Assembly: GCA_964016885.1 (NCBI GenBank)
Contig: OZ024748.1
Span: 16,306,001 to 16,370,000, forward strand
From: Eledone cirrhosa
Lineage: Eukaryota
DNA: 64,000 bases
Direction of reading: 5' to 3'
Under the pieces are notes generated by a model, which saw nothing but the letters and a program-made list of their open reading frames with translations, ran no database searches and had not been told where the DNA came from. Every line of letters starts with the position of its first letter. Position 1 is the stretch's first letter. The translations under genes and the position numbers were made by a program. This document shows positions 26,525 through 40,440 of the stretch, piece after piece.

Positions 26525-26823
26525 GAGTTGAGAGAGAAACTGTGTATGAGAGGGATAAGTTGTAGTGTGCGGGAGAGAAGACTGCAATGGTATGAACATG
26601 TGATGCGCATGGATGATGACCGCTGGGTAAAGAAGTGCCAAGAAATCCCAGTAGAGGAAGACCATGAAAAACATGGGCGGAGGTGGTGAGAGCAGACCTC
26701 AGATTGCTGAAGCTCACAGAGGAGATGACGAAGGACCGTGACAAGTGGAGAGATGCTGTGCTGAATAGGACCTGTCCCACCCTTGCAAACAGGGAAAAGC
26801 GGACGTAAAATGATGATGATGAT
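26525..26823 (+). mobile_element. RTE LINE 3' fragment (same family as 35845-37676)
   Basis: LREKLCMRGISCSVRERRLQWYEHVMRMDDDRWVKKC..., tail CCACCCTTGCAAACAGGGAAAAGCGGACGTAAAA(TGA)n. Confidence 0.85.
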
Positions 26824-27687
26824 TTTACTGTATAATATGAATGAAAATCCATGCTGAGACACTCGTCTTCTCAAGGAAGCCTGCTCAGTTCACTCTACAT
26901 GTGAATGGAGTTCCACTGAAGCAGGTAGAGAAATTCAAATATCTTGGGGCCGTGTTCATAAGCAATGGAAAGCAGGGGGCTGAATTAAGTGCATGAGTTT
27001 AACTGGTGTCACTTGGGAATCCAGTCAGATCAGTTGGAGATGGTTGTATCTGACAAGCCCTGCTGGAAAGAGTGTTAGAGGACTCTGCCCCCTATAGCCC
27101 TCCCAGGAATAAGTGGGCGAAGAAGAAACCCTTTTCTTACCATATTTATAATAAAAGACACTGCCTATGATTTCCAAATCATTTTGAAAATAATCAAGAA
27201 TTTATAGGAATTTTGTGATACAACTAACTTACTTATTATTAATCTGGTGTTTGGAACATAGCAAAGATTCTTACATAAAAATTATGATGAAAGGTCTTAA
27301 GATAAATATGAATACTTTAAAATAAACAGTCTTTTATCATAGAACCAGGGTGGTTTCAGGTGGTTTGGTATCAAAGGGGTTAAACTCAAATGCTTAACTT
27401 TCTGTTGCTGACTTCGATGCATAAATTTTGACATTTGAATGCAATGCAGAATTTTGACAATAAGCAAACAATAGTTAATGTGTATTCAAGCTGAGAAAGA
27501 TAAAGACAAATACATGAATTTAAACTAAGTCTGCACAATAAATGTTGTCCAATAGAAATGTAGGCATTGCAGACTATTGTTTCTATAGTTTTACTGATAC
27601 AATAAAGAAAGGGGGAAAAAAACAACTATGTAATGCTAAATGGAAAATGTTAAAACATCGTCTATAGTTACACACACTCATTTATAT

Positions 27688-28220
27688 TTAGTGGTTAGGT
27701 GTTGGCCTCATTATCGTGAGGTTCTGAGTTCAATTTCTGGACCAGGCAATGAATTGTGTTATTGAGCAAAAGGCTTTCATATGATCTCAATGATTTGGTT
27801 CGATTCCTGGACTAGGTTGTGTGTTGTGTTATTGAGCAAAAGGCTTTCATATGATCACAATGATTTGGTTCGATTCCTGGACTAGGTTGTGTGTTGTGTT
27901 ATTGAGCAAAAGGCTTTCATATGATCACAATGATTTGGTTCGATTCCTGGACTAGGTTGTGTGTTGTGTTATTGAGCAAAAGGCTTTCATATGATCACAA
28001 TGATTTGGTTCGATTCCTGGACTAGGTTGTGTGTTGTGTTATTGAACATAATGTCATGGGTTCCATTCTCTGAGTAGGTTGTGTATTGTGTTATTGAACA
28101 AAAGGCTCCTAATAACATATAATGTTGTGGATTCGATTCCTGGAATGGGTTGTGTGGTGTGTTCTTGAGCAAAACATTTCATTTCATGTAGTTCCAATAT
28201 ACTCAGCTGAAAATGAATAC
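27688..28220 (+). repeat. CORE-like SINE with a 70-bp tandem amplification of its B-box region
   Basis: Units ATGATCACAATGATTTGGTTCGATTCCTGGACTAGG... at 27781, 27851, 27921, 27991, plus 2 degenerate units; preceded by TAGTGGTTAGG and followed by the CORE-like sequence. Confidence 0.8.
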
Positions 28221-28739
28221 CAGCACCAGCTGGCGGTTTAACCCTGCGATGGAATTTCTTCCTGTCCAAAGCTGAGTCTTGTACACACAGTTGTTTAACA
28301 CCACAGAAACTGGAATTAACACTAACTTAATAGATATCTGAGCTCGAGACAGGCTTTCACTCTGTGATGGACTGGCATCCTGTCCAGGGAGGAGTCCTGT
28401 ACTCTCCGTCACTGAACACCACAGAAACTGTGATAAGCTCCAGCCTGATGGGTCTCCTGGTTAAAGACAGATTTTAGATTTCAGGCTTCCTTTTCATGTT
28501 GCTTCCCATGAAAAGATTACGGCCTCTATCATTAAAATACCAGAGAAACCTAAGAAGTACTACATACTTCCTTTGATTTGTCATGGCCTACTAGCTCTAT
28601 ACGAACATTTAAATTGATTAAATGAATAAATAATTAGTGACTCCATCAGAATGAAAGGCAGAGTTGACCTCAAAGGACAGGAAATCAGACAGCGACTGGG
28701 AAAAACACTATAAAGCATTTTCTCTGCCAATTTGCCATC

Positions 28740-28980
28740 TTAACCCTTTAGTATATAAACTGGCCATATCCAGCCAGAATTCTCTCACCTCTTTCTGTTC
28801 AAACCGGCTATAACCAGCCGCTCATATTGATGTTAAGGTATTATTCTCAGGATAAATAATGTCAAAATCTCATAGATTCGATATTATGAGAGAGAATTAT
28901 TTGAGGTAAAGCCTTTACCATGAAAATACAATAGTAAATATAATAGTAACTATAGGGTAATGTAAATGCTAAATGATTAA
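28740..28980 (+). mobile_element. piggyBac-type MITE family 1
   Basis: TTAACCCTTTAG...AAATGCTAAATGATTAA; internal sequence matches 13063-13264. Confidence 0.75.
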
Positions 28981-29262
28981 TATTTGAATCATACAAAATA
29001 ATGTTGGTTTCTAATTAAGCAAACAAATGCTTTTTTTTTTTCTTGAGGGTGGGTTAATTATATTGATGCCAGTCTATGACTGGTAAGATATATTATCTAC
29101 TATCTACATTGAGATGAAGAAAAGAGCAAAGTTAACCTCGGTGTGATGTGAACCTAGATTGCAAAAATCAAAAATGCCAAAACCATTTTTATCTGACATT
29201 TATATCGATTCCCCCATTTCACCAACATAATGTATAAAATTACATAAGATAATATCTACTAC

Positions 29263-29327
29263 CTAGAGTTTTGCGTAACTGAAACGTTTATATGGTCATA
29301 ATGTATAACAGGTACACACCATTCTTT
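29263..29327 (-). CDS. Candidate 65-nt exon, product unknown
   Basis: ttttgtaatag|AAAGAATGG...CTCTAG|gtagta; single open frame KEWCVPVIHYDHINVSVTQNS. Confidence 0.2.
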
Positions 29328-30066
29328 CTATTACAAAATTGAAATCTCTTAGTAAAAATTCGGTAGGCAAAATAGAGGTATTTATTTCAAAATTAGAGGA
29401 AAGCTTCTACAATATTATTTCATGTATTTTTTGGTGTTTTTATTCTATTTATGTATATATTTTATTTATTTCTTTGTTCCACCTCTTACAACTTACAATT
29501 TTCTGTTATATATATATATACATACAGACATATATATATATATATACATTTCTTTAAACACACATATATATTTACATAAGCACACACACACATGTATATA
29601 TATATATATAATGTGCGTGTGTGTGTATATATATATATATGATGATGATATATATATATATATATCATATATATATGATGATATATATATATCATCATCA
29701 TATATATATACACACACACGCACATTATATATATATATATATACACACATATATATATACATATACACACACATATATATATACATATACACACACACAT
29801 ATATACATATATAAATATATATTCATCTGTGTATGCGTATGTATATTTATGTATGTGCATGTATATGTGTCTGCCTGGGTTTGTATATTCATATGTATAT
29901 ACACACACAGACACACATACGTGTGTGTCTCTGTGTATGTGTATATTGTGATGTTCTTTTTTTTTTATAATATGCTCATGCATCTGTGTGTGAAAGTAAA
30001 ATGAATCAATGAGAACATACAAATATATACATATATGTATATATATATATACATATATATATATAC

Positions 30067-30139
<73 letters not shown>

Positions 30140-30601
30140 CATATATATACATACATATACATATATACATATACATATATATATATGTGTATAAACATAT
30201 ATATATATATATACATATGTACACATATACATACATATACATTTATATATACATATATACATATATATATATACATTTACATACACATATATACAAATAT
30301 ATATATACATTTACATATACATTTACATATATACAAATATATATATATGTGTATATATATATATATATATACATACATATATGTGTGTGTGCAAACATGT
30401 GTGTATGTGCGTATTTGTCTGTCTTGAAAGATATGTTTCTTGCGTGCTGTGTAATTATAGGATTTGTGGCAAATTTAAATAAAATAGAGAGAAAAAGTGA
30501 TTCTGTCAATAGATATTAATTTTATTTTCTATAGTAAAAAAAATGGAGGCCATTAAAAAGAAATGGGCTTTTACATACACACACACATAGCCCCCCACAT
30601 A

Positions 30602-30638
<37 letters not shown>

Positions 30639-30762
30639 GTGTAAGTACATACTGGAAGTGTGTTTATTTGGAGAGGTTTGTTCTCTATCAATGCATGTAT
30701 ATATCCGTGTGTATAAACCCATTTGAAATCATATATACATACATATATATATATTTGTATAA

Positions 30763-30812
<50 letters not shown>

Positions 30813-30815
30813 GTG

Positions 30816-30878
<63 letters not shown>

Positions 30879-30905
30879 GTATATATATATATGTATATAT
30901 ATATG

Positions 30906-30954
<49 letters not shown>

Positions 30955-31748
30955 GTATATATATATATGTATATGTATATATATATACATATATATATAT
31001 GTATATATATATACATATATACATATATATATATACATATATATATATACATATATATATATACATATATACATATTATATACATATATATATACATATA
31101 TATATGTACATATATATATATATGTATATATATATACATATATATATGTATATATATATACATATATATATATGTATATATATATACATATATATATATG
31201 TATATATATATGTATATATGTATATATATATACATATATATATATGTATATATATATACATATATACATATATATATATACGTATATACATATACATATA
31301 TGTATATATATATGTATATATGTATATATATATGTATATATATATACATATACATATATGTATGTATATATACATATACATATACATATATACATATACA
31401 TATATACATATATATATACATATATATATACATATATGTATATATATATGTATATATATATGTATATATATATATATGTATATATATATATAACCCATGC
31501 TAGCATGGAAGAACGGACGTAAAACGGTGATGATGATATGTATATATATATGTATATATGTATGTATATATGTATATATATATATGTATATATATATATG
31601 TATGTATATATATACATGTATATATATATATGTATATATATATATGTATGTATATACATACATGTATATATATATATATATGTATATATATATGTATATA
31701 TACATATATATATATGTATATATCTATATATATATGTATATATATATG

Positions 31749-31806
<58 letters not shown>

Positions 31807-31869
31807 CATATATGTATATATATATTTATATATATATATGTATATATATATATTTACATATATATATAC

Positions 31870-31915
<46 letters not shown>

Positions 31916-32082
31916 GTGTATATATATGTATATATGTATATGTATATATATATATATGTATACATATATGTATATATATATCTATATGCATACATATATG
32001 TATATATATATATGTATACATATATGTATATATATATATGTATATATATATATGTGTGTTTATATATATATATATATATATG

Positions 32083-32115
<33 letters not shown>

Positions 32116-34998
32116 CATGCTAGCAGGGAAATAGGATGTAAAAATGACAATGATGATGATGATAATATATATATATATATATGTATATATAGATATATAG
32201 ACACATTCCTATTTAAATTCTTGTTTAGGTAGGTAAATCACAAATGAACATAATAATCTCTCACATATAAAAAAAAAGAAGCAATTTGCCTATTTATTTT
32301 TTCTATTTCAAATGCAATTTTTCTTCTTCCTACAAAAAAATTTACCAGATTTATGTCTAACATACGATTTCTGCTATTTACCATTTAATTGAGATAGACG
32401 TTAACTCTTTGTTGTGTTTTTTCCGATGCATTCTTCACATCTATTATCATAGGAACAATGAGGTGGTGTATTCTAACAAGCGTAACATTATCAGCAACCA
32501 GTAAAATTATTCTAGTTTATATCCAATAAGGTCATTTAACTCCTATCAAATTTTTTAATGTATTAAAATCTTTTCCAGTGATTGAATTAACCTGCACTTT
32601 TCATATTCTTCTGTAAACAGAATCTATGGCCTTCAATTTCTAGTGGAGTCATAGGAACACTAACAGGATACACAGCTAGTCTTCTTTATTTTAACAAACT
32701 GGCTATAACTGGCCACTCATACTGATGTTAAGGCAATGTTCTCAAAATAAATATCAAAATTTCATAAATTCGATATTATGCGAGATAATTGTGTGAGATA
32801 AAACCTTTACTGAGAAAATATAATAGTAAATATATAATAATTGTTTCTTCTTTTGGCACAAGGCCAGCGATTACCCAGTGCATTACTGGTACTTTATTTT
32901 ATCGTAAGGATGAAAGGCAAAGATAATAATGTAAATAATAAAGGGTTAAAGCTGGTACGGCCGTCTCCCCTTAACAAGGTTTCATCATAGCTGATTATCA
33001 TCATCATCATCATCATCATCAGGTTTAGCGTCCGTGTTCCACGCTTGTATGGGTTTGGACGTGGGGTTTTCCCACTTGAGGCAAGAGTGGTTGTCTTGCT
33101 CGCATAGGACTGTCTGGCGGGTTTTCTACAGCTGGATGCCCTTCCTAACACCAACCACATTTACAGTGTGGGGCTGGGAGGTTTTTACCGTGTTGCCTAC
33201 ACGGCCACATTTACAGCGTGGACTGTGTGTTTTTTGTCGTTTTTTATCAAAGAAAAAAGGGGAGGATGAAGAGAGAAAGTGAGATAGATAGCAAGGGGGA
33301 GAAAAGTAGACTCCAGTATTGAAGAGTCCTTCTGACCTTTTGCAAAGCAAATGTAACTTGGCTGCTATTTCCAGCATGTCAAGCGACCACATAAATGCTC
33401 CCTCATCTCATTAGTCTTGTGTTGTAGCATTTGGTATTATCACATCACTCTTTTATCCCCTCGTGTATTAATTAGTGTATGCCCAATATACTAGTTAACC
33501 TTTATTACTCTTTAGGATTCAGGATTGTGAATGTATGTATGAGTGACAGTGAGAGACAGAGAAAGCAAAAGAAAGAAGAGGTGAGTCTTTAAGTAGTGTA
33601 AACAGTATAAACACTGACTAAACCAGAGATAATATATATATAGAGATAGAGATAGAGAGAGAGTGAGTGAGTGAGAGAGTGAGTGAGAGAGATATATATA
33701 AAATATGTACACTTTCATGTTATTTCCACTACTACCCTTCACCCACTTACGTTTATAGTTAGATCACCTCCTACTGTGTGACACAAAATATATAAATACA
33801 GATGGGTAATTATTATAAACGATACATACATTCTTATATTCTTTTATTACTGGCTTCAGTTATTTGACAATGGTCATGCTGGGTCATTACCATTATACAC
33901 ACACAGACAAACATATGCACATACATATGTTATTATATTATGTACACACACACATATAAGTATATACATCACCAATAAACGTAATGAAGGGTTAACAAAT
34001 CATCCTTGTATTATTATATTACACTGTCTAGCTCTACACCTTGCCAACCTAAACATTGAGTGCTCACCTTCATGTTATACCCCCTGGATATATATATATA
34101 TATATACATTTTGCCTTTCATCCTTACGGGGTCGAAGAAATAAAGTACCAGTAATGCACTGGTGTTTTGCTGACCTTGTGCCAAAAGTAGAAACAATTAT
34201 TTGATATAGAAATTGCTTCTACAGCACTCTGTTTCATTCATCAGGAATTCTTGATGATTGTATATGAATGATACAGTTATAGTCCTGGAGGAGTCATTTC
34301 TATATTAAATAATTGTTTCTACTTTTGGCACAAGGCCAGCAATTACCCAGTGTATTACTGGTACTTTATTTTATCAACCCCGTAAGGATGAAAGGCAAAG
34401 TTAACCTTGGCGGGATTTGAACTCAGAATGGCAAGGGCCGTAACTCTATGTGTCAAAGCATGGCGTCCGACCCTCTACCGATACTGACAATCCACCACCA
34501 TTTCTATATTAAATAATTGTTTCTACTTTTGGCACAAGGCCAGCAATTACCCAGTGCATTACTGGTACTTTATTTTATCAACCCCCGTAATGATGAAAGG
34601 CAAAGTAAAATGATGGTTCCTCTCTACCAGCGTATTGAGTACCTTTTTAACTCTGGCTACCCATGATTTCACTTGGGATGAACATACATGTCTGTGTTTC
34701 TATGCAAATAAGTATGTATATATGATATGTGTCTGAAATCTGAAAAGTAACAGGACTTTCTGTACTGTGTGAGCTATAAGTAGGGTAGAGATTAGTCGGT
34801 TGCGTTGCCATCTGACATAATATCTGGGGAGTGTGTAACTGCGATCTCAGTTCTCTGTAGACATTGTATGTTTTTTGGTGTACTATTGTTAACAGCTATC
34901 CAATTTTAGGTAATCGAGTGATGGACACACGGCAACAATCCAACCTGAAGCTTCTGGTCTGGCTGGGGAAAACTCCATCAGAAGCACTCAGAATACAT

Positions 34999-35087
<89 letters not shown>

Positions 35088-35764
35088 CCCGCCTTACCTA
35101 AATACATAGTAAAACCTACTACAGTCAGTAGGCATTTCTAACAAAATACACCCCCGTCCCACCACCCCACCCCATCCACACCGCCCCCTTCTATGTAAAG
35201 TTATGTTGGTGCCACACCATCCAGGCCGAAACAAATGAGATCGTGTAGGTGTCACGACAAAAAAACACACAGTCCACGCTGTAATGTGGCCGTGTAGGCA
35301 ACACGGTAAAAACCTCCCAGCCCCACACTGTAAATGTGGTTGGTGTTAGGAAGGGCATCCAACTGTAGAAAACCTGCCAGACAGTCCTATGCGAGCAAGA
35401 CAATCACTCTTGCCTCAAGTGGGAAAACCCCCGTCCAAACCCATGCAAGCGTGGAACACGGACGTTAAACGTTGATGATGATGATGATGATGATATACCA
35501 CAGTACACTTATATATTTACACATACACATCACATATACACACCACTGTACACATACATACATACACACATCACATATATATATACCACAGTGTGTACAT
35601 ACATCACATATACACAACACTGTAGAGAGGTCGCTCAACAGAGAGTTATAAGTATGTATTGTTGAATGATATTTAGACTTATACAAGCAAGACATTAAAA
35701 ATAACATCTCAAGCACATACAACAATGAAATAAACAAATATATATATATACACATATATAGATG

Positions 35765-35810
<46 letters not shown>

Positions 35811-35844
35811 CATACATATATACAAATATATATATATACATACA

Positions 35845-37676
35845 TATCATCATCATCATTTTACGTCCACTTTACCCAGCTTGCAAGGGTGGGACGGGTC
35901 TTATTCAGCACAGTATCTCTACACTTGTCACGGTCCTTTGTCATCTCCACCGTGAGCTTCAGCGATCTGAGGTCTGTTCTCACCCCCTCCGCCCATGTTT
36001 TTCGTGGTCTACCCCTACCACGTCTTCCTTCAACTGGCATTTCCTGGCACTTCTTCACTCATCGGTCATCCTCCATGCGCATCACATGTCCATACCACCT
36101 CAGTCTCCTCTCTCGCACACTACATTCTATCCCTCTCAGACACAGTTTCTCTCTCAACACATTTATGCTGGGTCGTTCACGCACATTGACATTGCACATC
36201 CAACGGAGCATGCTTGCCTCCTTTCTCTCCAGCCGTCGCATATCCTCTGCAGTTGCTGCACATGTCTCACTACCATGCAGCATCGCGCTCCTCACACAGG
36301 CATCATATAACCGGCCTTTGTACGCAGGGAGAAATACTTCTTCGACAGCAGAGGAAGCCGCTCCCTAAACTTCTTCCAACCCGGCCTTATTCTAGATACT
36401 GTGGCCTCAGAACAGCCCCCTTCCATCCTAATCTGATCTCCTAGGTACCGGAAGCTATCCACCACTTCTATAGCACCCGTCTGCATTTGAAAAATGTGTC
36501 TATCAATGCGATTTCTACTGTCTAATTTCCCTGTACATGTACTGCATACGTATTTCTCCCTACCTGTTAGTTTGCCTGCTATCCCATTACATCTCTTGTG
36601 TACCCAGGATCTGCATTGTGTGCATTTTATAGAATTTATGCCAGTTCCTTTTCTGCATATCGAACATGGCTATTTCCCTGACGGAATCAGGGTTTTGTCC
36701 ACTTTTCTACTCATCAACACTTTTGTCTTAGCTAGGTTCACTCTCAGTTCTCTTGCTTCCAACTGCTGTTTCCATAGCCAGAATTTATTCTCTAGTTCCT
36801 CTACTGATTCTGCTATAAGAACCAGATTGTCAGCATAGAGAAGTTCCCATGGAGAAGTTCCCATAGAGAAGTTCCCATGGAGAAGTTCCCATAGAGAAGT
36901 ACCCTGACTTTACTGAGAGTACCTCTGTACAAAGTTTGCACTGTCCTCACAACCCATTCCTCAACACCTAGTTTCCTTAGGGACCACCAGATGACAGATC
37001 GGGGTACTCTATCAAAGGCCTTCTCTAGGTCAACAAAGGCTAAGTATAGTGGCTTATTTTTCTCTAAGAACCTCTCTTGTAATTTTCTCACCAAGAAGAG
37101 GGTATCTGTTGTACTCTTCCCAGGCACAAAACCAAACTGCATCTCATCTAGTTTGACCCTTTCTCTAATTAGTTGTGCTAATATCCTTTCTTCCACTTTC
37201 ATAACCTGATCCATCACTTTTATACCCCTATAATTGCTCCTCTCCAGAGCATCCCCTTTACCTATGTAGCAATTTATGAGAATACTGCTGCACCAGTCTT
37301 TGGGTATGACACCACCATATATAGCCTGATTGATGATGCGTGCAACCAGTTTAGTGCCTACGTCCCCTGATGCCTTCAGCATCTCAGCAACTATCTGCGA
37401 TGGTCCAGCAGCCTTACCATTTTTCATTTCCTTAATCGCCTCTTGGACCCTATATTCATCAATCTCAATAGCTGGTCCCTCTGTTGGATCTACTGAGGGT
37501 AATTTCTCTCTCTCCCATCGTTCTCCACATTCATCAGTCTCTCATGGTGACATTTCCAGGCCTCCTTTTTCTGATCATTCGGGACACTAAGTACACCGGC
37601 ATCATTTTGGACACATTTATCTCCAACAACATCCTGATTTGCATTGACACACTGCCTTGCAATGTGGAACATCGCA
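35845..37676 (-). mobile_element. RTE-clade LINE, 5'-truncated and inactivated ORF2 (RT domain to 3' tail)
   Basis: MKNGKAAGPSQIVAEMLK...NYRGIKVM...QFGFVPGKSTTD...YLAFVDLEKAFDRVPR...WELLYADNLVL...FRYLG...MLHGSET...RRLRWYGHVMR...RGRGRPRKTW. YADD is mutated to YADN, with stops and frameshifts; (GAT)n tail. Confidence 0.95.
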
Positions 37677-37681
37677 CATAC

Positions 37682-37716
<35 letters not shown>

Positions 37717-38224
37717 CATACATATATATAAATAAATACATACATATATATATATACATACATATATATAAATAAATACATATATATAAATAAATAAATA
37801 CATATATATAAATAAATACATATATATATATCATCATCATCACCTTTTTACATCCTTTCTTCCATGCTAGCATGGGTTATATATATATATATATATACAC
37901 ACACACAATAATATATACAAAAATATATACAATATATATACAAATTATATACACCAAATATATACAAAAATATACCAAATTATATACAATATATAAACAA
38001 AGATCTATGATAAAATACACCAAAATCTATTCAAAAATATATACAATATATATACAAAGTATATACATCATATACACACAAAAATATATACAATATATAC
38101 ACAGACATATGGTAATACTAAAGTATATACAAAATATACACAGAAACATGAAAATATAATTTTTTAAATATTACAAAATATATACAATATATACAAGATA
38201 TATACAAATATATGCCAAAATCTA

Positions 38225-38500
38225 TACAATATAAAGAAAATATACACCTAGATATATATAGTATATACTAAAGTATAAAATATATACAAAATATAGACCT
38301 AGATATATATAGTATATACAAAAATATAAAATATATACAAAATATACACCTAGATATATATAGTATATACAAAAATATAAAATATATACAAAATATACAC
38401 CTAGATATATATAGTATATACAAAAATATAAAATATATACAAAATATACACCTAGATATATATAGTATATACTAAAATATAAAATATATACAAAACTATA
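38225..38500 (+). repeat. 51-bp minisatellite (about 5 units)
   Basis: ACCTAGATATATATAGTATATAC at 38246, 38297, 38348, 38399 and 38450. Confidence 0.85.
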
Positions 38501-38719
38501 AAATTATACAAAAATAACATTTTATTCAGATACACATTCATATATGTACATACATCCATGCACATACATACTCACACATATAATTAGATACACATACTTA
38601 CATACATGCACACACATTCATATATATATATACATACACATGAGTATATACTCTTTTATGTGTTCCAGCCACCAGGCAGAGGCCATGCTAATGCACCCCT
38701 ATATACACAGATATATACA

Positions 38720-39837
38720 TACACATACTTACATACATACTTATACATACCATAATTACATACACATACATACTTATACATACTATAATTACATACACAT
38801 ACTTACATACATACTTATACATACCATAATTACATACACATACATACATACATACTTATACATACCATAATTACATACACATACTTACATACATACTTAT
38901 ACATACCATAATTACATACATACTTATACATACCATAATTACATACATACTTATACATACCATAATTACATACACATACATACATACTTATACATACCAT
39001 AATTACATACACATACATACTTACATACATACTTATACATACCATAATTACATACATATACATACATACTTACATACTTATACATACCATAATTACATAC
39101 ATACATACTTATACATACCATAATTACATACACATACTTACATACATACCATAATTACATATACATACATACATACATACCATAATTACATACACATACT
39201 TACATACATACTTATACATACCATAATTACACATACTTACATACATACTTATACATACCATAATTACATACACATACTTACATACACACTTATACATACA
39301 TACATACATACTTATACATACCATAATTACATATACATACATACATACATACCATAATTACATACACATACTTACATACATACTTATACATACCATAATT
39401 ACACATACTTACATACATACTTATACATACCATAATTACATACACATACTTACATACATACTTATACATACATACATACATACTTATACATACCATAATT
39501 ACATATACATACATACATACACATACATACATACTTATACATACCATAATTACATACACATACATACATACATACTTATACATACCATAATTACATACAC
39601 ATACATACTTATACATACCATAATTACATACACATACATACATGCATACTTATACATACCATAATTACATACACATACATACATACTTATACATACCATA
39701 ATTACATACACATACATACATACTTATACATACCATAATTACATACACATACATACATACTTATACATACCATAATTACATACACATACATACATACTTA
39801 TACATACCATAATTACATACACATACATACATACTTA
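38720..39837 (+). repeat. Minisatellite CATACTTATACATACCATAATTACATACA(CATA)n running into the gap
   Basis: Many variable-length units of about 27-47 bp. Confidence 0.9.
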
Positions 39838-40037
39838 NNNNNNNNNNNNNNNNNNNNNNNNNNNNNNNNNNNNNNNNNNNNNNNNNNNNNNNNNNNNNNN
39901 NNNNNNNNNNNNNNNNNNNNNNNNNNNNNNNNNNNNNNNNNNNNNNNNNNNNNNNNNNNNNNNNNNNNNNNNNNNNNNNNNNNNNNNNNNNNNNNNNNNN
40001 NNNNNNNNNNNNNNNNNNNNNNNNNNNNNNNNNNNNN
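39838..40037. other. Assembly gap (200 N)
   Basis: Run of n characters. Confidence 1.
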
Positions 40038-40118
40038 CGGCATTGTTTGACTCAACAAGAGGTTTCCTTAGGTAGCGAGTTCTTGGGAATTCCTATGCAG
40101 GTTAATCTTGGAGTAATA

Positions 40119-40440
40119 ATAGTGAAAGAGTGAAGAATAACATGGTCAACCGTACAAAAAGGGTTTTATTTACAGTATTAACAATTGTTTCATTGATTAA
40201 GTTGTCTAAAAATTGCTAATCACTTGAAGTTGTCTCACTCAATTTTAAATACAATGTATGCTTAATCAAATCATCGGAAAAATGATGATTTGATTAAGCA
40301 TACATTGTATTTAAAATTGAGTGAGACAACTTCAAGTGATTAGCAATTTTTAGAGAACTTAATCAATGAAACAATTGTTAATACTGTAAATAAAACCATT
40401 TTTGTACGGTTGACCATGTTATTCTTCACTCTTTCACTAT
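40119..40440. repeat. Fold-back with 157-bp arms (40119-40275 / 40284-40440) and an 8-nt loop
   Basis: Arms differ at about 2 positions; the right arm ends in (TA)n. Confidence 0.9.

Noticed and set aside
26515-26555. CTGATGA...GAAACTGTGTA hammerhead-like string
   Set aside because: No stem II pairing, and it lies in RTE coding sequence. CTGANGA hits at 1123, 15884, 41543 and 63588 likewise lack GAAA or stems.
27386-27625. 79-aa minus-strand ORF with a strong acceptor near 27588
   Set aside because: No convincing donor or recognisable product; could be chance or a terminal/UTR exon.
27760-28170. 70-bp array (and the 34-bp array at 63060) as CRISPR
   Set aside because: No variable spacers; SINE-head-like sequence.
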